Below, in pieces: positions 19,756 through 30,496 of a stretch of 30,496 bases of DNA; within the stretch, counting starts at the first letter, position 1; the number at the start of each line of letters is the position of its first letter. The stretch is from Octopus sinensis (Eukaryota): positions 1 through 30,496 of the forward strand of contig NW_021832702.1 in the NCBI RefSeq assembly GCF_006345805.1. The letters run 5' to 3'. A program made the position numbers and the translations under genes. A model generated the notes under the pieces. That model saw nothing but the letters and a program-made list of their open reading frames with translations, did no database searches and was not told the origin of the DNA.

Positions 19756-22700
19756 ACCTCTTTCGGCAAACTCTTTCATGTCTTTCGACACCCTCTTTGA
19801 TCTCTTTCGGCATTCCTTTGATCTCTTTCGGCACCCTCTTTGATCTCTTTCGGGACTCCTCTTTGATCTCTTTCGGCACCATCTTTGATCTCTTTCGGCA
19901 CACTCTTTGATCTCTTTCGGCACCCTCTTTGATCTCTTTCGGCACCCTCTTTGATCTCTTTCGGCATACCTCTTTGATCTCTTTCGGCATATTCTTTGAT
20001 CTCTTTCGGCACCCTCTTTGATCTCTTTCGGCATCCCTCTTTGATATCTTTCGGCACCCTCTTTGATCTCTTTCGGCACCCTATTTGATCTCTTTCGGCA
20101 CCATCTTTGATCTCTTTCAGCACCCTCTTTGATCTGTTTCGGGACTCCTCTTTGATCTCTTTCGGCACCCTCTTTGATCTCTTTCGGCACCCTCTTTGAT
20201 CTTTTTCGGCACCCTCTTTGATCTCTTTCGGCACCCTCTTTGATCTCTTTCGGCACCCTCTTTGATCTCTTTCGGCATACCTCTTTGATCTCTTTCGGCA
20301 CTCTCTTTGATCTCTTTCGGCACCCTCTTTGATCTCTTTCGGCACCCTCTTTGATCTCTTTCGGCATACCTCTTTGATCTCTTTCGGCACCCTCTTTGAT
20401 CTCTTTCGTCGGCACTCTCTTTGATCTCTTTCGGCACCTTCTTTGATCTCTTTCGGCATCCCTCTTTGATCTCTTTCGGCACTCTCTTTCATCTCTTTCG
20501 GCACCCTCTTTGATCTCTTTCGGCACCCTCTTTGATCTCTTTCGGCATCCCTCTTTGATCTATTTCGGCATCCCTATTTGATCTATTTCGGCGCCCTCTT
20601 TGATCTCTTTCGGCACCCTCTTTGATCTCTTTCGGCACCCTCTTTGATCTCTTTCGGCACCCTCTTTGATCTCTTTCGGCACCCTCTTTGATCTCTTTCG
20701 GCATACCTCTTTGATCTATTTCGGCACTCTCTTTGATCTCTTTCGGCACCCTCTTTGATCTCTTTCGGCACCCTCTTTCATCTCTTTCGGCACCCTCTTT
20801 GATCTCTGTCGGCATCCCCTTTGATCTCATTCGGCACCCTCATTGATCTCTTTCGGCACCCTCTTTGATCTCTTCCGGCATCCCTCTTTGATCTCTTTCG
20901 GCACTCTCTTTGATCTCTTTCGGCACCCTCTTTGATCTCTTTCGGCATTCCTCTTTGATCTCTTTCGGCATCCTTCTTTGATCTCTTTCAGTACCCTCTT
21001 TGATCTCTTTCGGCACCCTCTTTGATCTCTTTCGGCACCCTCTTTGATCTCTTTCGGGACTCCTCTTTGATCTCTTTCGGCACTCTCTTTGATATCTTTC
21101 GGCACCCTCTTTGATCTCTTTCGGCACCCTCTTTGATCTCTTTCGGCACCCTCTTTGATCTCTTTCAGGACTCCTCTTTGATCTCTTTCGGCATCCGTCT
21201 TTGATCTATTTCGGCACCCTCTTTGATCTCATTCGGGACTCCTCTTTCATCTCTTTCGGCACCCTCTTTGACCTCTTTCGGTACCCTCTTTGATCTCTTT
21301 CGGCATCCCCCTTTGATCTCTTTCGGCATATCTCTTTGATCTCTTTCGGGACTCCGATTTGATCTCTTTCGGCACTCTCTTTGATCTCTTTCGGCACCCT
21401 CTTTGATCTCTTTCGGCACCCTCTTTGATCTCTTTCGACACCCTCTTTGATCTCTGTCGGCATCCCCTTTGATCTCTTTCGGCACCCTCTTTGATCTCTT
21501 TCGGCAACCTCTTTGATCTCTTTCGGCATCCCTCTTTGATCTATTTCGGCACCCTCTTTGATCTCTTTCGGCACCCTCTTTGATCAATTTCGGCACACTC
21601 TTTGATCTCTTTTGGCATCCCTATTTGATCTCTTTCGGCATCCCTCTTTGATCTCTTTCGGCACCCTCTTTGATCTCTTTCGGGACTCCTCTTTGATCTC
21701 TTTCGGCACCCTTTTTGATCTCTTTCGGGACTCCTCTTTGATCTCTTTCGGTACACTTTGATCTCTTTCGGCACCCTCTTTCATCTCTTTCGGGACTCCT
21801 CTTTGATCTCTTTCGGCACCCTCTTTGATCTCTTTCGGCACCCTCTTTGATCTCTTTCGGCACCCTCTTTGATCTCTTTCGGCACCCTCTTTGATCTCTT
21901 TCGGCATACCTCTTTGATCTATTTCGGCACTCTCTTTGATCTCTTTCGGCACCCTCTTTGATCTCTTTCGGCACCCTCTTTCATCTCTTTCGGCACCCTC
22001 TTTGATCTCTGTCGGCATCCCCTTTGATCTCATTCGGCACCCTCTTTGATCTCTTTCGGCACCCTCTTTGATCTCTTCCGGCATCCCTCTTTGATCTCTT
22101 TCGGCACCCTCTTTGATCTCTTTCGGCAACCTCTTTGATCTCTTTCGGCATTCCTCTTTGATCTCTTTCGGCATCCTTCTTTGATCTCTTTCAGTACCCT
22201 CTTTGATCTCTTTCGGCACCCTCTTTGATCTCTTTCGGCACCCTCTTTGATCTCTTTCGGGACTCCTCTTTGATCTCTTTCGGCACCCTCTTTGATCTCT
22301 TTCGGCACCCTCTTTGATCTCTTTCGGCACCCTCTTTGATCTCTTTCGGCACCCTCTTTGATCTCTTTCAGGACTCCTCTTTGATCTCTTTCGGCATCCG
22401 TCTTTGATCTATTTCGGCACCCTCTTTGATCTCATTCGGGACTCCTCTTTCATCTCTTTCGGCACCCTCTTTGATCTCTTTCGGTACCCTCTTTGATCTC
22501 TTTCGGCATCCCCTTTGATCTCTTTCGGCATATCTCTTTGATCTCTTTCGGACTCCGATTTGATCTCTTTCGGCACTCTCTTTGATCTCTTTCGGCACCC
22601 CTCTTTGATCTCTTTCGGCACCCTCTTTGATCTCTTTCGACACCCTCTTTGATCTCTGTCGGCATCCCCTTTGATCTCTTTCGGCACCCTTTTGATCTCT

Positions 22701-24732
22701 TTCGGCACCCTCTTTGATCTCTTTCGGCATCCCTCTTTGATCTCTTTCGGCACCCTCTTTGATCTCTTTCGGCACCCTCTTTGATCAATTTCGGCACACT
22801 CTTTGATCTCTTTTGGCATCCCTATTTGATCTCTTTCGGCATCCCTCTTTGATCTCTTTCGGCACCCTCTTTGATCTCTTTCGGGACTCCTCTTTGATCT
22901 CTTTCGGCACCCTTTTTGATCTCTTTCGGGACTCCTCTTTGATCTCTTTCGGTACACTTTGATCTCTTTCGGCACCCTCTTTCATCTCTTTCGGGACTCC
23001 TCTTTGATCTCTTTCGGCACTCTCTTTGATCTCTTTCGGCACCCTCATTGATCTCTTTCGGCACCCTCTTTGATCTCTTTTGGCACCCTCTTTGATCTCT
23101 TTCGGCACCCTCTTTGATCTCTTTCGGCATCCCTCTTAGATCTCTTTCGAAATCCCTCTTTGATCTCTTTCGGCATCCGTCTTTGATCTATTTCGGCACC
23201 CTCTTTGATCTCATTCGGGACTCCTCTTTCATCTCTTTCGGCACCCTCTTTGATCTCTTTCGGCACCCTCTTTGATCTCTTTCGGCATCCCCCTTTGATC
23301 TCTTTCGGCACCCACTTTGATCTCTTTCGGGACTCCTCTTTGATCTCTTTCGGCACTCTCTTTGATCTCTTTCGGCACCCTCTTTGATCTCTTTCGGCAT
23401 CCTCTTTGATCTCTTTCGGCACCCTATTTGATCTCTTTCGGCACCCTCTTTCATCTCTTTCGACACCCTCTTTCATCTCTTTCGGCACCCTCTTTGATCT
23501 CTGTCGGCATCCCCTTTGATCTCATTCGGCACCCTCTTTGATCTCTTTCGGCACCCGCTTTGATCTCATTCGGCACCCTCTTTGATCTCTTTCGGCACCC
23601 TCTTTGATCTATTTTGGCATCCCTCTTTGATCTCTTTCGGCATCCCTCTTAAATCTCTTTCGGCATCCCTCTTTGATCTCTTTCGGCACCCTCTTTGATC
23701 TCTTTCGGCACCCTCTTTGATCTCTTTCGGCATCCCTTTTTGATCTCTTTCGGCACTCTCTTTGATCTCTTTCGGCACCCTCTTTGATCTCTTTCGGGAC
23801 TCCTCTTTGATCTCTTTCGGCACCCTCTTTGATCTCTTTCGGCACCCTCTTTGAACTCATTCGGCATCCCTCTTTGATCTCTTTCGGCATCCCTTTTTGA
23901 TCTCTTTCGGCATCCTCTTTGATCTCTTTCGGCACCCTCTTTGATCTCTTTCGGCATACCTCTTTGATCTCTTTCGGTACCCTCTTTGATCTCTTTCGGC
24001 ATCCCTCTTTGATCTCTTTCGGCATATCTCTTTGATCTCTTTCGGCACCCTCTTTGAGCTCTTTCGGCACCCTCTTTGATCTCTTTCGGCACTCTCTTTG
24101 ATCTCTTTCGGCACCCTCTTTGGTCTGTTTGATCTCTTTAAGCACCCTCTTTGATCTCTTTCGGCACTCCTCTTTGATCTCTTTCGACACCCTCTTTGGT
24201 CTCTTTCGGCACCCTCTTTGATCTCTTTCGGCACCCTCTTTGTTCTCTTTCGGCACCCTCTTTGATCTCTTTCGGCATCCCCTTTGTTCTCTTTCGGCAC
24301 CCTCTTTGATCTCTTTCGGTACCCTCTTTGATCTCTTTCGGCACCCTCTTTGGTCAGTTTGCTCTCTTTAAGCACCCTCTTTGATCTCTTTTGGCACTCC
24401 TCTTTGATCTCTTTCGACACCCTCTTTGGTCTCTTTCGGCACCCTCTTTGATATCTTTCGGCACCCTCTTTGTTCTCTTTCGGCACCCTCTTTGATCTCT
24501 TTCGGCACCCCCATTGATCTCTTTCGGTACCCTCTTTGATCTCTTTCGGCACCCTCTTTGGTCTGTTTGATCTCTTTAAGCACCCTCTTTGATCTCTTTT
24601 GGCATCCCCTTTGTTCTCTTTCGGCACCCTCTTTGATCTCTTTCGGTACCCTCTTTGATCTCTTTCGGCACCCTCTTTGGTCTGTTTGATCTCTTTAAGC
24701 ACCCTCTTTGATCTCTTTCGGCACCCTCTTTG
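19756..24732. repeat. 22(-23)-bp satellite GCACCCTCTTTGATCTCTTTCG, ~5 kb (~220-225 units from length/unit)
   Basis: Contiguous units with no spacers; recurrent variants GGACTCC, GCATCCC, GCATACC, GTACCC. Confidence 0.95.
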
Positions 24733-24967
24733 TATATATCTGTATATATATACGTCAAGATGTGTGTGTGTGTTTGTGTATGTGATTGTAGTTTATGCAC
24801 ATCCACAAATTAGCACGCATGTCGCTGAAATTTTAGGATTGCATTCGTCAACATCCTATCTGGGTTTTGTCAACTTATTTTTTCCCGAGGCACCGGCGGA
24901 TAGCGGTAAATACTTATTTTCAGCCATAACTTTTAGCGGTAAATATCTATTTTTAGCCATATAAAGT

Positions 24968-25180
24968 AAAGTGGAAAAGAGAGGCATAGAGTTTCACGGG
25001 AAAGACAAAGTGACAGAGGGAGAGAGAGTAAGTGACGACGTTCCTAAAAATCTATTTTCAGCCATAGCTTTCTGACGGCGTCTAACAAAAAAAACAAGAT
25101 AAAGAAAAGTGGAATGAAGCAGAGAGTTTCACGGGAAAGACAAAGTGAGAGAGAGAGAGTAAGTGACGACGTTTATAAAA
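24968..25180. repeat. 135-bp-period direct repeat inside the Helitron
   Basis: GAGTTTCACGGGAAAGACAAAGTGA...GAGAGAGTAAGTGACGACGTT at 24989 and 25124. Confidence 0.8.
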
Positions 25181-25950
25181 TATAAAATGCAAAATGTTTT
25201 GTCTTTTCTTAACCACGAGATATAGTGATCAAATTCAGGATGTTTTTGAAAGACACTATATTTTATAATCTTAGTATATATACTTTCTCACACAACAATT
25301 AAAATATATTTATTTTAAATCATTTATTTATTTGAAATCGTTTATCTTTCTCCCCTCTCTCTCTCTCACATTACTTTGGGTGCGAAAGAGTTTTATTTTT
25401 ATTTTACGCCCAGTAAAAAAGTGTTTTGTTGACAATCCATTTATTTAACATCAAAGAAACAAAGAGGTGAGTAGCAATTTGTCAGTGAATTGCACAATAT
25501 AAATGGGTACAATTTCCGAAGCTTCCACCACACCCAGTCCGTTTCACGGACTACAAAAGGTTTTTGTAGCATATTTGGAGGCCAGAGTAGTTGATTCCAC
25601 GCAAAAAAAAAAAACGATTATTTTTCTTAGTGAAAATCGTGCGAATGTTAATCTACAAATTTAACAACATTTTTCCATTCATTTCTGTTTATGAACTGTT
25701 TATGAACATACACAAAATATGCAATAGGTGTACTACGTACATGTGTGTTCGTGTCTGTTGCCCATATATATTTATATTATATTATATTATATATATATAA
25801 TATATATAATATATATGATATATATATAATATAACCAATTTCAACGGATTTTGCCCAAATTTGACGTCGATATTAGTTTGAAATAAAGAACTTGATTAGC
25901 TTAATAATCGTAACTTAATCCCGGGCAAGGCCGGGTTATACTGCTAGTCT

Positions 25951-25996
<46 letters not shown>

Positions 25997-26144
25997 TCTA
26001 TTTCCCTCTATTCCTATCTGCCCATCTGTCTTTGTAATTACCTGACTATCTATCGCTCTGTATACGTGTACATATGTGTATGAGTATCTGTGTAAGTATG
26101 TATGTCGGTACGCACACAATCAAATGACTCCATAAATATATTAT

Positions 26145-26192
<48 letters not shown>

Positions 26193-26279
26193 TATATATA
26201 TATATATACATACATATACATACAAGTTCTAAAGAGAATCAAGACAGACAAAAACAGACGAGCAGACATACAGACAAAC

Positions 26280-26336
<57 letters not shown>

Positions 26337-26756
26337 TATAGATAGATAGATAGATAGACTGAACATCAAAAGAAACATTAGACACGAGTAAGACGATGTA
26401 CAAAGTAATATCTGATCTACTATTAATTACATATTAATTCAAAGCGCTCAAAAAGCGGAAGGAATATTTATTCATATGGAATATGTCAAGGTATTCTGTA
26501 ATTAATTGCTAATTAGCTATGAAATATTCATATAGTATGTATATGCGTGTGTTTACGTGTATCTTTGTGTGTGTATGTATGTATGTATGTATGCATATAT
26601 TGATATATACCTGTTTATTTATGCATATGCAAGTATATGAATGTTTTCTGAATGTTTTTATGCATATATATATGCAAATTTAATTACATATACATATATG
26701 TATTATATATATTATATATATATATATATATTATATATATATATATATAATATATA

Positions 26757-26792
<36 letters not shown>

Positions 26793-26866
26793 TGTATACA
26801 GAGAGAGAGAGAGATTCAGATGAATATGGTACTTATATTTGTTGCTTATTTTGATTTTAATCACCT

Positions 26867-26919
<53 letters not shown>

Positions 26920-27069
26920 CAGAGAAAAATACAGTGTACGTTCAAACACAATAGAGATACTCGAAGAATTGGATATCTGACTCGCTAGAAAGAGCAGTTA
27001 AAAACTCCAAGCCACCAATTGTTTTAATTCCGAAAATTAAGGAAAAATTTTTTTTTCCAATCACTTCCG

Positions 27070-27124
<55 letters not shown>

Positions 27125-28314
27125 ATATATATATAAGGTTAATCCAAACGAGAAAACAGAAAAAACAACAACACAAGGAAGTGGAACATTTAAAGTATTA
27201 TTATTAATATATATATATTTTTTTTAACCCAATATATGAAAAGAATATCATGCTTTTCACGGGGATATATACGTTAAGTATGATACATAGCTGACTATTC
27301 TAATTTATTGTTATTTCAGTTGTGTACACCGAGATTTGTTTCTTATATATTGATATGAACTGGGTCGTTAGAGAGATAAGTGTCTTGACCATAGAATAAT
27401 TTAATTAATTAAACAAAAGCAAGAAATGATACGGTGATGCTGGAAGGTGAACTCCTGTCTTTGAATTTATATTTTCGATTTGTTACTGCTTGGTCAAACA
27501 GCCATCCTTTCAATGGCTTCATAATTAACAAATAAAGAGACATTAACTTTCCCATTTAACCTATAAAAAAAAGTCGCGTGGGAAGTTTGTACTTTTTTGT
27601 TTTCCTCGTCGACTAATTGAATATTGAATATATTAATAATTCCGCGAAATAAATACATAATTACGATTTTAAAATAAGTCGCCATTATTGTGTATTTTAC
27701 AGTTTAATGCTTGCCTGGTTTTCTGTATTTATGTATGCATAATGGGTGGGTTAAATTATATGTGGTCTCGTATAAAGGTTTTGTATCTTTTTTTGTGGTA
27801 GTTTGTTTTTTTCATTATCCTGTATTTCGTTGTAATTAACTGATATTATGCTAACTATATTGAATTAGCATTGATTTAATTAGCTAATTAAGAACACAGC
27901 ATGCTTCTATCATGTATCTCATATCTTCCATGCATATTTTCAAAGCTATAATAACTTCTCCGGTTCACTTGGCACAGATACAAGAGTGAGGTCTGCTGTT
28001 GAAATTACTTCGACTCACACTGATGAGGTTTCAAATCTTAGAGATGCCTTTATTATTTATCACATGTTTTTTTGTGATCGTTATCATGAGTATACCAGTA
28101 ATATTATGTGGAGGGGTCTGATGATGATATAGTCACAAGACTTTTGCTTCAAGCATTTACTATCCAAGTTGAGCTGAACTGTTCATTTTTTTTATTACAG
28201 TTAGTGTACGCTAAAAGGTCTGATCAAAAATTATTGGAGTTGTTGTTATGGTAACGAAGCTAAAGTACGCAGAATGAAGCCATTGACACAAATTTGCATT
28301 GAACATACATACAA

Positions 28315-28379
<65 letters not shown>

Positions 28380-28391
28380 ACACACACACAG

Positions 28392-28495
<104 letters not shown>

Positions 28496-28527
28496 TGTGT
28501 GTGTGTGTGTGTGTGGTATACAATATA

Positions 28528-28569
<42 letters not shown>

Positions 28570-28762
28570 ATATATATATATAATATATATGGCAAATGAA
28601 AGACGGAAGATGGAATATACGAGAATTTATTATCAATCACGACATGAAGCACTCTGGACACCACTACGACACAATCCCAGAAGCACACTGCTCCTTCCAT
28701 TTAGCCAAGCCAAATCCACAGTAAGCTACCAAGTGTAAACCATTCGTTTTGCTATATATATA

Positions 28763-28923
28763 TACGACGGGCTTCTTTCAGTTTCCATCTGCCAAGTCCA
28801 CTCACAAGGCTTTGGTCGGCTCGAGGCTATAGTAGAAGGCACTTGCCCAAGGTGTCACGGATTAGGACTAAACCCGGAACCATGTGGTTGGGAAACAAGC
28901 TTGTTGCCACGCAGCTACCCCTG
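28763..28923 (-). mobile_element. SINE family B, 5' half only
   Basis: Homology ends at the internal (TA)n. Confidence 0.8.
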
Positions 28924-29007
28924 AGACTTTTTTGAGACTGTTTGTTAGGCCAGGCCGTCATAACTGTCCTAGGTTATTGCAATTTTAGTATATAATTACT
29001 ATATATA

Positions 29008-29392
29008 GGCGCAGGAGTGGCTGTGTGGTAAGTAGCTTGTTTACCAACCACATGGTTCGGGGCAAGTGTCTTCTACTTTAGCCTCGGGCCGACCAATGCC
29101 TTGTGAGTGGATTTGGTAGACGGAAACTGAAAGAAGCCTGTCGTATATATGTATATATATACGTGTGTGTGTGTATGTGTGCGTGTATGTTTGTGTGTCT
29201 GTCTTTGTCCCCCTAGCATTGCTTGACAACTGATGCTGGTGTGTTTATGTCCCCGTCACCTAGCGGTTCGGCGAAAGAGACCGAAAGAATAAGTACTGGG
29301 CTTACAAAGAATAAGTCCCGGGGTCGAGTTGCTCGATTAAAGGCGGTGCTCCAGCATGGCCGCAGTCAAAATGACTGAAACAAGAAAAAAGA
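29008..29392 (+). mobile_element. SINE family B with an internal deletion removing most of the B-box region
   Basis: ggttcggggcaagtg replaces ggttccgggttcagtcccactgcgtggcaccttgggcaagtg. Confidence 0.85.
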
Positions 29393-29503
29393 AGTATATC
29401 AAATGAACTGATCTGCCAACTTTTCTTTATATTCCAGACTGAAGGAGACGGATATAAGAGCTCTTTGAACACACCCCACTAAATACTGCTTGTATTTAAT
29501 TCC

Positions 29504-29762
29504 ATCAAAACCCTTCCAACAGTACAGACCTTGCTCCTGTACCCCAAGCTAAAGGAGAACCTCGGAGGCGGTCATTTTGAAGACATAGAGGAGATAAAAG
29601 GAATTGTGACAATGGAAGATTACCATAGGACCTTCACGAAGTGGCCAGAGTACATTGAAGTCAAAGGACCCTACTTTTGAAGGTGATCAGAGTTTTGTAC
29701 TTCTTTGAAATTAATAAATGTCTCACCTGAAAAAGAATCAAAATTCCTGGAATGCACCTCAT
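29504..29762 (+). pseudogene. Mariner transposase C-terminal relic plus right TIR
   Basis: IKTLP..STDLAP (YSPDLAP-like), then KLKENLGGGHFEDIEEIK...FTKW..YIEVKGPYF(EGD) with deletions and frameshifts; ends GGAATGCACCTCAT, like the TACGAGG-type mariner terminus. Confidence 0.75.
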
Positions 29763-30454
29763 TTATAATGAAGGGGTGACCTGATGAGACTAACTGGGAC
29801 AGGAAGTGATTTGGGGGTTGCTTAGTGGTTGGTATTATCGATTATCTTCAGGTCAGTTCTGGCTGTGTAGACCTATGGCCAAAACCATTTCAAGACTGAA
29901 CATTTCTTTTTTTGTTTTTTTTGACCTGTGTAGGTGAACCAGAACCACATTACATTATCCAACAGATTCTTTTCTGAGACAGTGGGATGTAATTTGAGTG
30001 ATTTGCTTGCTATTTCTAGATGGTCAAGCGACCACATACAGATCCCGTCGTTCGATCGTTTTTAAGATTGTGTTGTATTAGTTTCTAAAATTATGTTGTA
30101 GATGTCAATGACTAAGAAATGGTGTTGTACATGTATTGAGAGGCGTTGTGGATGTGGCTTGGCTAAGTGGAAGGTTTGTTTATGGGATTGCGTCGCAGTG
30201 GTGTTCAGAATGCTGCAGATGTACCTTTGCTAGATCGGATAGGGAGTGTTACTAAAATAGTGGGTGCAGGAGGAGTTTTCAACGGGTCTTGCAGATACGT
30301 CTAGCCGAGGATAACAGAGCCTGTTAAATGTTAAAGTTTCCTACAACCACAAACTATGCCACTCTCAGGAGCGTGTAAAAAAAGTAGTTAGATGAATAAG
30401 TGGTCGAAGTATTTCACATTCTGATTTCACGTAGAGCAAACAAAATGCTTTACC

Positions 30455-30496
30455 TCTCTATACATAAAGCTAAAGTATGGCAGGTTTTGTAGCCTT
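30455..30496 (+). mobile_element. Possible 5' end of a second Helitron-like element (runs off the window)
   Basis: TCTCTATACATAAAGCTAAAG resembles the 5' end at 18534; the preceding bases are not the canonical A. Confidence 0.35.

Larger units (their letters stand above)
18534..25947 (+). mobile_element. Non-autonomous Helitron-like element (7414 bp) carrying satellite arrays
   Basis: 5' end A|TCTCTCTATATATAAAACTGAGAATGTGTGTCTGTCTG. 3' end has a GC hairpin CCCGG-gcaagg-CCGGG (25920-35), an 8-nt spacer, then CTAG|T. Inserted at an A|T dinucleotide with no TSD. No RepHel ORF seen. Confidence 0.75.

Noticed and set aside
19756-24732. CRISPR-like array
   Set aside because: Units are contiguous with no unique spacers, there are no cas genes, and the context is eukaryotic.
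19649-24806. Many long minus-strand ORFs (PKEIKEGAERDQRGCRKRSKRV repeats)
   Set aside because: The 22-bp unit has no stop codon in any minus-strand frame and cycles through all three frames. Frequent 23-bp and 21-bp variants shift frame freely, so there is no sign of coding constraint.
27057-27071. CCAAT directly adjacent to an ETS consensus (CACTTCCGGT)
   Set aside because: Abuts a (TA)n run and probable repeat sequence; nothing downstream supports a promoter.

Overview
AT-rich eukaryotic, repeat-dominated intergenic or intronic DNA. The SINE content and microsatellite load look like an octopus (cephalopod) genome; this is an inference from pattern recognition, not a database hit. I find no credible host protein-coding gene: nearly all listed ORFs are microsatellite or satellite read-through. 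Supported content: (i) about 17 copies of four tRNA-derived SINE families; (ii) decayed LINE relics (R4/Dong-like RLE 3' end at 12583-13000, CR1/L2-like RT 3' end at 17477-18533); (iii) a Tc1/mariner-type MITE, a mariner transposase relic and a 188-bp foldback; (iv) a 7.4-kb non-autonomous Helitron-like element (A|TC at 18534 ... hairpin-CTAG|T at 25947) of which about three quarters is two abutting satellites, including a 5-kb 22-bp array with a ~1.2-kb higher-order repeat; (v) five type-I hammerhead-ribozyme-like motifs. Two of these sit 332 bp apart in a diverged tandem repeat with a covarying hairpin, which is the architecture of a non-LTR retrozyme. Caveat: homopolymer indels between near-identical copies in the first ~5 kb suggest imperfectly polished long-read sequence, so single-base details there need confirmation.
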